This document shows, one piece after another, positions 49,901-64,000 of a DNA stretch of 64,000 bases. Source of the stretch: Lingula anatina (taxonomy: Eukaryota; Animalia; Brachiopoda); NCBI GenBank assembly GCA_051362555.1, contig CM120646.1, positions 6,138,001 to 6,202,000 on the forward strand, read 5' to 3'. Within the stretch, counting starts at the first letter, position 1. Each line of letters begins with the position of its first letter. A program made the position numbers and the translations under genes. Below the pieces are notes generated by a model. It was not told the DNA's origin, searched no databases, and saw only the letters and a list, made by a program, of their open reading frames with translations.

Positions 49901-52218
49901 AATTCGACATAGTCTATTGGATCAGATCTTTATGTCCTTTTTAAGAAATAATGCCATGAGGTACTACTATAGTTCTAAATTGAATTTCAAACGTTGGATA
50001 AACGTTTTGAGTTACAAAATGTCAAGATATTATATTCATTGACAAGGGGAGGTACTTCAAAGTCTTTTTTGGATATACAGTGTATAAATATATATAAATA
50101 TTTAGATTTTTTTCTTTCTTGTAATGTCAACGTCTTATCACCCAAAAGGGAGCATGTGTCAAATGCCTTTTTTTCCTTTTATGGCACTATTAATTGGTAA
50201 TGTGGCTAGCATATTTTAGTTTTACACAGAAACACGTGGCAAATATGAAATACTTCAAATTGTGCATATTTGCCTTAACTCACTTGTTTACTTAATTGAT
50301 TTCAGCCAAAACATGTAACTACCTTTTAGCCACCATTTACATGTAGTTCACTTTCAGTATTATTCTTATTAGCAGCCCTGACTGATTATTCACGAATGCT
50401 ACGAACTGTCCTAAAAGGGATAGATGTAAAGGAACCATCTGACAGAATTCCGGTAGAGGGCAAGTGCCTGGAATCCAATCAATTATCGACCTGTTCTCCG
50501 CCCTTGTTCCTCTGCTTTCTCATTAAGGTCCACTTCCGGTCATCGTTATCGTTAAGTACCCAATGTTAATAATTGTTGTGGAGTGGTTCATTCATAGAAA
50601 TCTATTTCTGTTCATCAGCTCGGTTGGGAAATTATTATGAACACAAAACGTCCAGGGTAGGCTTCCCGTGGCTTTAGGAGCAAATAATTTTCATTAGTAA
50701 CAGATTTTGTTTCCAATGCTGTAGGACAAGCGGTAGTGACATGTGTCACATTAATTCCCTGTGTGGTTTGCAAGCATCACTTCAGCAGATCTAGGGTACG
50801 GCTTCCGATTCCAACTCCATTTTTGCTCTTTGACAAAACACTAATAATTCGATCTATACCTGCATAAGAAAATGTCTCCGTACATGTACAAGAATGTGCG
50901 GAAAATGTGTACATCTGACATATGTATATACATGCATGCATATATTATACGTATATGTAAAAGCTACGTGTGCGTGGGTCTTCTGTTACAGTGACTGATG
51001 TTAGAAATTAGGCAGTAATCAGTTCATGCACGATGCCAGCATTTCTATTATAATACGTGTGAATGAGTGTAGATCATAAGTTTTCATCCCACTGCAGCTC
51101 TTAAGTAATTTACACTCAAGCCCAATTTATTTTTCAAACAAACAAACACACAAACACACATACACACACAAAACACAGCTAAAAATGAATAAATAAACAT
51201 ATAATTTAATAAATTAATAAACACCAGTCTTTAATTCATATTTAGACACAATGTCAATCGATAAACTTTTGGTAAAGCACGAGCGTTGACATGTGCTGCA
51301 CTAACAACAGCGTTAATTCCACCTGCTGGAATCATAGCTGACGGGGGGTAATGTGATCCCTGCAGGCACAAAGAATATAGGGAGATGAATAACGTAAGGC
51401 GTATGCTCTGTGATCAGCGCAAGAGACCGCTCCGTGGCTAATTTCAATTCCATGTTTTCCGCAACCAAGTGTGTAATTGGGAAGATGACGCACGAGGTGT
51501 CTGACGTCACTCATGTGATAATATAATCAAGTCATTATGATCCATGAAAGGTGACAATGGAGATATTCAATGAAGCAATCAATTATCAGTCTACTTGCGT
51601 TACATTAATGACTTTTCAAACTCAGACAAACACGCATGCACACATATGTAAATTTTTTCATCGTTTTTGACGATATTCATGGTACTGATGTCTCGTAACA
51701 AAGGTTACCTGTTTTTATTTTGTCAAACAAATAAGTCGTTTTCCCACTTGTATATCAACAATCTATATGGATTACTCTTATGTTGCCAATTAAATGGAAC
51801 CATTTAAAACAATTATGAGCTTTTGATTTATGTGCTTCTATTATCTAATTAATAGGGACTATTTTGGAATAACAGTTACTGCCTTGAAGACAGTGGGAGC
51901 TCTGGTATGCAATTGGTCTAACACACATACACTTGGATTAGTTCAGCAAGACTGAATAAAAAGTTATGTTATTTTTGATCGTATAAAGAGAAACTTTTGC
52001 CTGAATAAGGCAGCTTGAATTGTACCAAATGGAAATACCGAATGTTTGTTTACTGTGCAAAGTAAAACTGGTTTTGTTGCGTTTTTTAATCATTACAACA
52101 GTATATTTGAAATTAGTATGACATATTTATACTATTGAAAAGTCGTATGACAAGATAGCTATTGTGAGCTCGGAAGTGACAAAGCAATGGACTGACTGAA
52201 AGTCTGAAAAGGGAACCG

Positions 52219-52280
52219 GAACCACTTTGGTACCACTTTGGTTCTACTTTGGTACTACTTTGGAACCACTTTGGTACTTT
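52219..52280. repeat. 11-bp tandem repeat (GGAACCACTTT-like), ~5.5 copies
   Basis: Read directly from the sequence. Confidence 0.85.
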
Positions 52281-55200
52281 AGTACACACTTCCTTTAGTA
52301 CACAACATCAAAAAGTTTCCCCAGCATTTTGATATAGAGCAAAGTAACACGTGTATGTTCCTCAAAATATTGGTCTGGGAAGAACGAATTAAAAGCACCA
52401 TCATCCAAATTTTAACAGAGAGTTGGCACTCTGGAATGAGGTATTGATTATATAATTAAATTCGAGTATCAATTCGATTTTGTTCCACAGTGTAAGATAA
52501 AAAAACTTACTCACCTGACTTGACGCTTGACACTTCAATGAGTTTTGCTTTCTAAATGTCTCTGTTAACGTATCAATCCCCTGCCACCAATGTCGCAATG
52601 ATCCTGTCTTTAACAGGTAAATAATTGTCAAATCAATATCGTACGGTCCCCAGAGCGCTTTATCAAAGCTTATGGCCACGCTACCAATCAAATTACTCTG
52701 CGAATCCAATCTCGACCAATTAGTCGATACCGATTAAGTGTTGCTGACGGCAATATCGTTTTGTCTCTAGAGCCTCATATCTCAGTTCCGTCGCGGGATT
52801 GGCAATATCTCCCGTAATCAGTGTTATTTACGATGACGACTGTTTACATATTTCATTCATAAATAGCTGACCTACCAATTGATTTAGTCGATGGAGCTCT
52901 GAAAAACTGCTGCACATGTTCATTACATGGGCTCGTCAAGCAATGCTCTGTCGTTTCAGAGTCCCTATGAATAGTGGAGTCGACCAACAGATGTTGGTTA
53001 AATAAACACAGTTGGATTTGCATAATGCAGTCTGATTAAGCACGCTTATCGATCAGTTCTTGCGGTGTACAGTTTTCTTCCTTTTATTTCATAACCTCTG
53101 TTCTAAGTAAGTGATGCTCTGTGATTTGCCGGCTCCTTAAGGGGTGCGCTTTCTCTGCAAGTTTCCTGGTGTTGGTCGTGGCAAGAGGTAGTCCGTCCGT
53201 GGGAGCGGTGGCAGTGAAGGGAGGGGGGGGGGGGCAGAATGTTATCTGGCTCTCGATTGGGACACGCAGCTCTCTCAAAGAAAATATAAAGTCTTCTGTA
53301 TTTGCTAGACTTACTGTTCATAAATTCATAAATAAAATTTCGATACTGACTAATCAGTCCCTGCATATTATCGTGCTCACAACATTTTGTTCTACACTCA
53401 GGATTCAAGCGGTTGTACAAACAATGATGCAATACGTAAAATGCAATTGAATGGAAATACCGGTAAAGAGACTATCAATTGCAAGACAGCCAACATAGCC
53501 AAGATGGGTTAAGCAATCATAAGAATGTAGGCTTCTTTAGAGAAAAGTAGATGGGGTGGAAGATATAAAACATTTCCATTCCCTTTGCTCTTTAGGTCTG
53601 CTCTCAAAAAGGAACTAACGAATAACAGACAGAAGACTCCCCTGAAGCACCCCTCATCCTACCCCCCCCCCACCCTCTCCCCGGATCTGCCTACGTGTCT
53701 GGAATAAGTTTCAATTAGGATTCCTTTTAATGCGCAAATAATGTCGACAAGCCCTTTTCATTTTCTTATAAAATTACGTCGCCTGATGAGATCAACAAGT
53801 ATTTACACTTTGTTCTGACAGATTCATTACGAACACAGTCAACAGTCCATTTGAAACACTGGAAATTGCCGTCCTTAATCAAAACTATTGATCTGCTCTA
53901 CAGTTACCGTCTGCTGCAAAAACACTTAGTGTCCGCCTGGAAACTTTGTTTGGTAATCAGCAGACAATTAACCCGGGCTGATCGATGCTATCTTATTTGA
54001 CGGGCTCGGTTGCGTGTTTGTGAACCGGAACTGTGACGTCACTGGAAAGGGGGAAAGTGATTTTTTTCCTTTATGACTCGCTTATTTTGACAGTAAAAAA
54101 AGTATGGGTCTAATGCACGGAAATGTGCGTCGATCATCATATTATTGTTGACCTCGATTTTTACCAGCATTTTGTGAACTTTTTATCAGTCTTATTCCGG
54201 AAAAAAGACTTAACTTCTTCTTAACTAAACCAAAACTTTAGTCCAGTTATAATGCTTGTCCAAATAAATGAAACATTGCGATTGTTGCACGGTATGACAA
54301 GGAAGACACTCAAGGCCGGTAATCACATTAATTCAGTGGACAGCCATGGATATATCTTTGACTTAATTTAAGCAATATTCTGGTCTTTAAAATTACAACA
54401 GTTTTTAGGTTTCAGTTATTTGGTAAAACAGACCCAGGCTGCCTTTCCGATCCATCTCCGCAGTGCTTGCTTCTCTACTGCAATCGATGTGGAGATCAAT
54501 TTTATTACTCGACCAAACATAATTCTTTAGTGAGATGAAAAATACAACGACATTCCAGATTCTGACATTTCTTCGCTTGGATAGACACAAGGCTGGCTAA
54601 AGTTCTAATTGCATTTTTTACACTTTGTCTTTTGTTCATTTAATATATATGTATATCATACAATTCCGTTTTCCGTGATATTCCTATCATTTAAATATAG
54701 TTCTATAAATTAACTCTAGTACTGATATATGACATTTATTCGATTCAGGTTGATAGTAAACGCAAGATTGAGTGACGGTTGTTATAAAAATTACTTTACG
54801 TGCCTTTATGCATTACAAAAAGCGCGTAAACGTATTAAGGAAAATTCAAATGGGTGGGGGTTACCATTCACAAAAAAAGAAAAAAAAAAAACCGGCGACG
54901 AGGGCAATTTTTCCTTAGCCCCCATGCATCCTGGCTTACTATCAAATACTGTAAGTACAGGGAGCTTAAGTAACCATATTTCTCTCCCATCGCCTACCGT
55001 TTGTACATGTAAAACACCAACTGCTGAAAAAGAATAGGCCATTACTGGCACTTAGCGTTTACCACAGCCGATGAAATTCATATTTAGAATACTTACGTGG
55101 CATTGTAAATGGAGGAAATAATATACATGTAGCACCAATGTTATTCAAATACCTTCTGTAGAGATGGCTAGTAAATATCAACAATAAATCAATGCACAAT

Positions 55201-55555
55201 GAAAATAGCACCAAGAGATTCTCTCGTGTAACGCTATATGCCTTAAGCGTCACTTTGACTTGAATTACCGGACGTCAAATGACAGCAAACTATTCAACAA
55301 TGAAACAACTTTTGAGTTAAAACTTATGATCAAAACAATGTCACACGGAAGTTTTATGCCACCTCGTTAGGACGCCGAAAACACCAATCATAAAGAAGTT
55401 CATGTCCTGATTAACATCTGTTAACCCTGTGTCCAATTCTGTGTTTCTGTTTCTGTCCCTGATATTCACAGAAAAATGTACAATTCATAATTACTTGTTA
55501 AATAAATACGGAAAACTACTTAAAAAGCACCATAAATTACTAAAATTCCCCGAGA

Positions 55556-57852
55556 TTAACGCCATATATATCGGCGCTGTAGAAATCGTCTATTCCGTTC
55601 AGCACTTTGGTACAGACGCCGTAGTTCAAAGGGGTCAAGACTGCCTATGTCGAATATGTAGTGCACGAAAAGTGGAGTGACATTTTTCGCAAGCACCTTA
55701 TATTTCACGGTACTGATTCCGTCAAAGAACATGCGGAACTGCGTCGCCTGTATCAGATGTTGCCTGCGAAGAAATAGAAAAAGGACCACGTGAATCTACA
55801 ATAAATATCAGAAATATGCAGGTTCTATGGTTTGTATTTATCTTATCATTTACCTGTGTTGTCTGCATCAAATGTTGCCTGGGATGTATTACTTTTGTAT
55901 ATACCTCATCATTTTACTACATACGAAAGTGTGTCACCTACGGATCACCATTAATTTTCTTACACACTGGCTGCAATTTTACAATATAGAACTATTATTA
56001 CGACCAATTAATAATTAAGAATAATATACATGTATTGTCCTTCTTATGTACGGTAATGATCAAGCCAGTTTTTAACTACTGGTTATCTTTTCTGACTACC
56101 ATATAGTGTATAGCAACACTTACTGAATTTCCATTTGTAATACTCTTTTGTTTTTCGTGTGTTCTATCAACGTATATCGGCCAATATCTGTGGGTGGCCT
56201 CTCAATGATAAGCCCAGACGCTAAAATTCTGGAAAAAAAAATTTAAAAAGTTAAGTAAAAACAGGATTCTCAGATTAATATTAAAATATAAAAATGTCAT
56301 ATTCTAATGAGCTATAAATTTCTTCATTCCTATTACATATTTTTCTTAGCAATTAAATATAAATGTTCCTGGTACAAGCATGTAGTGCGCCTGGTGTCAT
56401 TTTGACCCAAATGGGCTCATATCTTAATTTAACAACAAAATATATTCATAAATGAATCCATACACCAGGCCATTTCAACAACTACCTCTTTGTATTAACA
56501 TGGAGAGGTTGCCACTGAATTGACTGAAAGGGTGGCACATGTATCTGTACAGGCCAACTCTATGGTCCATGCACACTGGTGCATATTAAGGACTTGTATA
56601 TTATAGATCCTTGGGTAATCCTATCATAAAAGTGGCGCCATACTGAAGCCACTAGCGTTGCCTCTTTCTGCTGTGCATATGTGAGGCTTCCGGTATTATA
56701 TAAAAAATGACGTACCGTTTTGCCATCTCGTCGTCCTCGCCACCCCAACCCCAGAAGCTGTTGCTAAAACCGTTCACCTTTTCAAAATGTTTATTGGGAA
56801 ATGCCAACGCTGTGCCTACTAGAGAGGGATATTTTAGCCTAAAATGGTAAAATAAAGATTTATAAAACCGATGTAAAGTTCCCATTGTGATTGAAAAAAA
56901 AAAAGGTCTTCCCTCACTTCTGTTATTGTTAGAAACAGCGTATGGAATCAAAACCAAATTAAATGTATAACACAAAATGCCACTGTGAAAGCCGAATTAT
57001 TATATTCATTAGTGTCGTCTATTAGCATTAATGGATTTTTTGAAATTGAATCCGGGAAATCAAATGATATGACGAAATGACAAAATCAAATTAAACTAAT
57101 TAATCAATATATTAATCATTTTGCCTTAGGTTCCGTTAAAGGGTTTTAAGTTATGAGAATAATCGTACGTGTAGTTATGCCTACTGACGGCAGGTGCTAG
57201 GTGCCGGGGAGTACTGGGACACACATATAGGTTTCTGTCATCTTCCAGTAGGGCATCTATGTCGTGGAAAATGACGCAGTCAAAGCCGAATTCTTTATTC
57301 GATTCCAGGTAGGCAGCGTTCATTACGCGACCCTTGTTGAAACTATCTGTTCCATTCTGTAATGATTGAAATGCAATAAAATTACAAAAATGTGATACAG
57401 TTTTGTTCACTTCTTCATATATATAAAAAAAAGCTAAGAAGTTTATTTTGGAATTGTTTCAAACGCTTCTTATGATAATTTGATAATAACAAATTGCATA
57501 TTATTTCACTGATTGTAATAGTTTATATACCGCATTTGCATAAAAATGTAACTATAAAGATGACACAAAATACCAAAATAACGGCTCTGACGTTTGGTTA
57601 ATTATACAAATGTCACCTGTTCCGACACCACTATCCTGAAATCTATCTTTTGCCGTTGTAAAATAGGTATGTAATGATCCAGGAATTTCGATAGATGGAG
57701 CCACCGATCCCTAAAAGGAATGACGAGCAGCACTCGAAATTGTGGGACGCAATCACTTGGTGTCCAGTGGCCGCCACGTATATCTGGGAACTTTTCAGAG
57801 AGGTCGCTCAACGAGAGGGGTAATGACGTGAGCTGTGGACGGAGTTTACCGA
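55556..57852 (-). CDS. GT7-family beta-1,4-N-acetylgalactosaminyl/galactosyltransferase (bre-4/B4GALT-like), catalytic exons; 5' exons unresolved
   Basis: Exons 57852-57617, 57356-57169, 56838-56716, 56228-56124, 55763-55556 join in frame. Motifs: IPFRDRWLHL, FNKGRVMN, DCVIFHDIDALLEDDRNLY.C, PRHL, VNGFSNSFWGWGGEDDEM, GRYTLIEH, DGISTVKY. Confidence 0.92.
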
Positions 57853-59997
57853 CTAAAAACAAAACAGAAAAAAAGCTTTTCATAATTGAAAAAAAAAAAA
57901 AGAAATCTACTTTAACCCACATGCTTATTTGGGATATGTCACCTCCACTGTTTTGAAAAAAATTCCTTCGAGAAAAATATACAAATGGAATTGACAATTT
58001 TCAAGACTTCACCCTTTTATTCCTTTTGCCTCGATTTGGTGAACCTTTTGATACACATTAAAATCAGCTGAATAGGGGCAAAAAGGTAGCTCAGCAAAGT
58101 TCATGGTCACATTTGGGATAAAGTAAACCAAGATATGTAGATTTTCTCTTCACATATTATTAAGGTACAAAATGTCAAGGTTATCAGTGAAATCAACGTA
58201 CTTCCGTCTTAAAAGTTCAACCCCCTTACAATCGATAGCAGCACTGCGAATAACCTTCCCCCTCCCCCGTAATAGATTGCGTCATACAAGCAGCACTTCA
58301 CTTGCGGCCGAGTGTCTCATCCATCGCTTGTGCAGAGTGACCCGCGCGGGTCGTACGGTGATAGCATTGTCTCAATAAAACTGGTTCTATGCACAATATC
58401 AACAAAGAACCCTTTAGATAATCAGATTTATTTGTCTTAGTTCTAGACATTTGTTGTTCACCCTTTCCATATATTGAGAATACTGTCTCCTGACTGATTC
58501 ATGAAAATATCATAATGGTTATAAAAAGTGTCATGAGCAAGTATCAAACTGAAAATCCATGTAACCCATTCGATAATGAATAACGCCTTCCATTTTATTT
58601 TTTCATTTTGGAGAGACATTATTTTTCGCTAAATTTTGTAAACCTCAAACACAATATACTGCAATTGCATTATACGGTATATTGTATTATTTTAATAAAA
58701 CTATAAATTACACTGTGAAATATTGGCTTCGCAGTGGTTGTAGATAACTGAACACATTTCTTAAGTACCAGTATAATAAATACACGCTGTAAAACTGGTT
58801 ACAGTTTGCCAGGGTCGCCGACAGATGAAATCGTATACACTTTTCAGTGCATTTTTTTTTTACTTTTGACATCGTAAGTGCTGGGGTGGGGGTACTGAGT
58901 GTATTTTTTCATTCTTTACGGTTGTCGAGATATTTTGATATTACCCTGACATGACGCTGAGGTCAGATCCGGAAAAATCGGTTTTTACAGTTCAAAAGTG
59001 ATCATACGAAGTCCCATCAGTCAATGTGCAGTTGCCGCACAGTCTGCGTGCGGACTCACTGATCCGCTGTCTTTGCACAACATGCATGTTTTTAGCACCC
59101 GCAGAATATAAGGCGACACAACTTCACATTTATACAAGTGAATTTCATACATTGCGTATATCCATAATATATTTTCAACAGTAATTTATCAGTCACACAG
59201 CACTCTTAAGCTTCAGCTTTTCCTGCATTTTTCTGCCATATCGGTTCAAGTGTACCTTCAGATTGATATGATACCAGCTTACAGAAAAGAGGCGTGTTTC
59301 TGCAATCATTACTTCCTGACCACTAGAACTGGCAGTCACTTGTAAAATCTGTTCAGAACGTATTTCATTTGTATTTCAAAAAATACTTAAACCTCTGTAT
59401 TGTAGCTTAACCGGATGCAGTAGAGCTATCCACCTAAACTTTGACATTCGGCGATTGTAATTCAACATGTTGCTTTATGCATTATTATCGTGCATGGATG
59501 AATTTTTCGCAACAACTTCTGTTTAAACATGGCATATGAAGCTAATCAGCTCAAAACAAGTTTCCTTTGACACAAATCATTTTCTGGGGCTTCATCCCCT
59601 TTTTACACATAAGCCAGCAAAGCCGTCATAGTCAATTATCTACGAAGTGCGTGCTATATTCAATGTATTGCCTTAGAGGCGTTTTAATGCTCATTAAAAA
59701 AGCATTCTTTATGGGCTTTATCTAAAGTAATTGCACCCAATCATGTGAAAAGCTAAATTTATTTGATTTTCTTCACCCAGTGAAAAACTCCTGCGCCCAT
59801 TATCCAATGCAACCCAGGCCCGCAGCCTGAAAGATCCTCCCTTTTTGCTGGGAAAAGGTCTACTCTGGGTAAATTTGATCTAAGTAAACTAAGGTTTCAT
59901 GAAAAAAGGTCCAGAATTTCAGAAAAAGTACACCCATTTTGCAATTGCTGGCTATGGGCCTTCAACCTTGTGTAAAGTGATAACATGCGGAAATTAA

Positions 59998-60231
59998 GAC
60001 TAGGTTCCCACAGATTTAGATCGATCCATCTGGAACGACCTAACTCCCTGGGGGTCCACGCTAAATTGCTCTCAGCTTCCGAGAGTCGAGCGCGCACTAA
60101 AGTTTAGTACCCCCTTACAGTATGTAGTAGGCGGGACAGACATTTAAGCCGATTAAGCTGACAGCAATGTAGTGAGACTCCCCAGGGGGATAGATCGATT
60201 TTTAAATTAAAATATCTGCGGGAATGGTCTC
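59998..60231 (+). mobile_element. PIF/Harbinger (Tourist-like) MITE, family copy 4
   Basis: TAA on both sides. Same internal sequence as copies 1-3. Confidence 0.83.
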
Positions 60232-61047
60232 TAATACAGCTTAGCCGGTTGTAGAGTGATGCACCAGGAACAAATATAATATTGTTGCATGTTCAAAGCA
60301 ACATCTGATACATGAGGTAAATACGAAAGTTCTTTCACACAACGTAGCACGAGCCAGCATCACGAAAGAGACCAGAAAAACATCTTTATTAGGGCGGATA
60401 CCGTGTGTATCACATGCTTCTTTCGTGGTGTAATTTCAATACTCTTTTTGTTCTTGATCACTCTCTAGTGCAATGATACTGTTGTTTAATAAAGCTGCTT
60501 TTTAGACGAAAATACATTTGTTTTTGTAATCTGACTGTTCGCAGATGGAAGGGGAAAGGGGTAAAACAAACGCAATAATAAGATGTCCGAAGACAGATTA
60601 CTGGCAAAAGCACTGGGTAAATTGGGACCGCATCATAGGTTAAATTCAATTATTCACGACATAAGTCTCAAAAAGACCTCTCTGCTGATAAGAGAATTAC
60701 ATTGATATAAGATGTTATTACAGACAAAATCGAATATCAAATTCAGAGTCGTAAGATTTGGTATACAAATGACAACCTTGTCGGAAATAACAATGCGGAT
60801 CGGGTTGCAATACATGTACTTGTATGTATTGTTATAACTGCGACGCTGGTAAAGAAGCGTCGTTAACGTAGTTAAAGCAATAGCCTCCTGCCTTTTCAAA
60901 CACCTAACCATTGGCGGAGCCTAAAAATGTCCCTTGGTTCCACTCTTTTTCATTTGAAATCTAACCACTCCTAGCGTTTCTGATGGATGCCATCAGAACA
61001 CCACACTTGAAATGACATTCTGCGTTTGAAAGGTCACCTCTATCAAA

Positions 61048-61220
61048 GGCCCCATTCAGAAAAAGGGACTAACTAGTCCGAGGGTCAAATATGGCTACCC
61101 ACTGCAGAGCTTGTCGTCCAATCCGCCAATAGACCCCGAATATATCCCGTGGGGAAGTATTCAAGTGACTCGGCCATATTTGACCCTCGGACTAGTTAGT
61201 CTTCTATTCTGAATGGGGCC
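61048..61220. mobile_element. 173-bp hairpin MITE with ~50-bp TIRs, Harbinger-like GGCCCCATTC termini
   Basis: GGCCCCATTCAGAA..GACTAACTAGTCCGAGGGTCAAATATGGC / GCCATATTTGACCCTCGGACTAGTTAGTC..TTCTGAATGGGGCC. TSD imperfect. Confidence 0.85.
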
Positions 61221-62803
61221 ATAGACAAGAATTTCCAGTGACCTCTGAAACGCAGGGTGATGTGTGAGGGTTAGGATTATCAAAAGAGGCAGTAGCCTTT
61301 GCTGCAGGCTTAGGGTTATAGTTCCCTAAGCAAATCTGATCGGTCATATCAAGGAGTCTGTTGGAACTCCTTGGTCATATCATGTCTTGATGTCTTTACT
61401 TGCCTGTGTTTTTTTTTTTTTTTTTTTTTCCAGAGATATGCTGATAATAGGGATACGTTTCCAGTAGTCTTTGATATACAGGGTACTGGCTGGTGACTCG
61501 CCGGGAAATTCAGTGGGATTGAATTATGGTTTTAATATTCATGGCACCGAAATAAAAAAAAAGATCTACTCTATACTTATTTTTTTTAAATCTACTGTAG
61601 ACTTTCTAAACTTCAATCATGCGTGTAAATATGCCACACGCCACTGTCTTAATAAAATATATTAAGTCAAGAATATGCATTAGCTACAAACCACACTGTG
61701 AATCTAAAACGAGTATTTGTATGCGGAAACTGGTTGAAACAATACGGGCCGTGCATTCTGAAACCTTGCACCATCTGCCACGCGTTCTGAACACGCGGCC
61801 CTGTGGCAAAACCAGTGGTGTATGGCATATTTACACGCACGATTGAGGTTTAAGAAGTCTAGGGAAATTTTGATAATTTTTTTAGAAGTCTTGGGTAGAT
61901 TTTTAATTTTTGTATTGATGTGTGATGAATATTAACTGTAATTCAACCGTACTGAATACCACAGTCCCCTCTGTATCAAAGACTGTTGCAAACATGGCCT
62001 TATAAGCAGTATAACTCTGCCGGACTGGAAAAAAAACGGAGACAAGTTGCAGCAAACTTTCCGTAATCTCTAAGAGTAAAGGCGCCGCAAAAGTAAAAAA
62101 AAAATGCATTTAAAACTGGGAATTTAAGCATTTTACTTAGCTTCTTTCTCTTTTCTTGCAATTTGGAACATGGTTTTGTTTATCGACATTATAGGGGGCC
62201 CATTTTTTATCATAGTGCATAATGTCTCTTAAACACGAAAATGATTGCGAATCACAAGCTGGTCATACATTTAATTCTTATTTATTTTTTCATAAAAATA
62301 CACATGCATTAATATAATCACAGAATGGTTGTAACACAGCGGAAATGAAATGGGCAGATGGGTAAAATACTCAGACGAAGACTCAGTGTTGATGTCCCAA
62401 GTCGCCGCTGTCGGCACTTAGATGAAAGTACTAAAATATATATCATTTTCTGTTAACGATAATGTTTGAACGCACGCGAGCTCGTCCCCATTAGTGACGC
62501 CATCCTAGGTGACAATTTTTTTAGAAAAAAAGATCAGTGAAGTTTTATGCCCGGTTCGTAACAGATCTAGAAAATCTAGGTATAGAATCGATTTTCCTGT
62601 GCTTTACCAGGGATATGTATACAAAATATACCGCTTTTAATGCAGACTTTTAATTCAATATATTCTTATCAATATAAACCTGTAGGTGTAGCAGTCCTGT
62701 TGAATTAAAGTGGATATTCGTTTTCTCTCTCATATCATTCAGCAGTTGAGTTAGGTTTGGCCGCTACCAGAATACTTTGAGACTTTAAGCGTGCGCGCGC
62801 GCA

Positions 62804-62857
<54 letters not shown>

Positions 62858-64000
62858 GACAAATCCACTTTATTATTGGGGGATATACTTGAAATGAAGC
62901 CATTTAGTTTATTTTGTTCGGGATTTTCAAAGTAAGCATCAGACATGATGAGAAGCATCCCACACACACATTACCGGTAGCTACATCATGTTCGGTATTT
63001 TATATCATTCTTATCATCAAGGTGGGTCGTTTGTTTAATGGGTCGTATAACCAACGTATTACAACATATTATTTTCCTTACACGGTGGTTAAAAGACAGT
63101 TATCTCCCAGACATCTATGTACGTACCACACATGACGTCACTCGTCAAGCAGACGACACTGCCAAAAACACTGACGGATTCAGGATCTTGCAAACCGGGG
63201 GTGGGGGGTGGGGGTGGCACAATGGTTAGATTTTTAAAAATATAACACAGGGCAACTGTATTACAATATGAAGAACCAAGGAATGGGAATTTGATTAACC
63301 TTGTGTAGTCTCGCTTCACTTTTTTTTTTTTTTTTTTTATGAAGGGAGAATGGGGAGACGGGGGGAGGAGGGGGGGTAAACGTACATCTCAAAAGCTAGA
63401 TGTCATTTGCTCGTAGTGCCCTCCCGTAGACCCACCACTATGTCATTGCCAAGATCGTTTCTTGTCCATAAATTACACCGAGAAAAAACCCTCCATGCAT
63501 ATCACTGCCCATAACCAAATTTACTTATGGGCCGCCCTATCTCATCCTGACGGTGCCAAATTTCTATTTCTAGGTGACTCACGATGAAGGAGACACTATG
63601 TTCATTTTTACACGTCGGTCAAAGGCGGGTCTGGGGAAATCTAGGAGGGCACAGAGGATACATACCTTTCCCCCTAGATTCGGTGGGATCCCCCTGTCTC
63701 TTTCTTCCCAAAGAAACAGTATAACGTGCACAACAACTCAAATCGAGTTTTATTTCTATCCCTATGGCCGATGTATCATAATAATATTGCCTTTGTCTAT
63801 ATTGTTTTTTTGTCCTTGTGCCCCCGTAAGGGAATCTTGAGCCCACCACTGGTTATGTGGACGATAACAACGATATCGCCAACACTCAATGATGGGTTGA
63901 TTTAAAAAAGACAGTGTCACTTTTTATCCCTCTTTAGGATAACTCTACGTTTTATTAAAGTGTATGAGTAAATGTCTTTAGCAGGATTATCTATTTAATT

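Noticed and set aside
42300-55400. Numerous 60-110-aa ORFs in the long region upstream of the GPCR
   Set aside because: No recognisable domains or consistent splice chains. Consistent with intronic or intergenic noise.
58190-58385. GC-richer segment as a candidate upstream GT7 exon
   Set aside because: All three frames from the apparent acceptor hit stops, so it could not be joined confidently.

Overview
Eukaryotic, AT-rich, intron-containing DNA, probably from a marine invertebrate (inferred; no species call is possible). Bases 483-15395 are one apparently complete ~14.9-kb EnSpm/CACTA (CMC)-type DNA transposon. It has 13-bp TIRs (CCCAAACAAAAAT), a TA target duplication and dense subterminal arrays of the palindrome (T)GCAAGCTTGC(A). 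It carries two head-to-head genes: a 3-exon 934-aa transposase (+) and a 7-exon ~550-aa protein (-) with a small N-terminal beta-barrel-like domain, a coiled coil and a C-terminal BEN domain. Several smaller TEs are nested only in introns of the BEN gene. The element sits in an intron of a macrodomain PARP14/9/15-like gene (-), whose 5' end has adjacent IRF-like and NF-kB-like sites. The rest of the window holds an NXPE/PC-esterase gene, a PhyH-family dioxygenase, a single-exon muscarinic/histamine-like GPCR, a GT7 beta-1,4-Gal/GalNAc transferase, MITEs, a mariner remnant and simple repeats. Exon structures were assembled by hand from splice sites and reading-frame continuity; no database searches were run.
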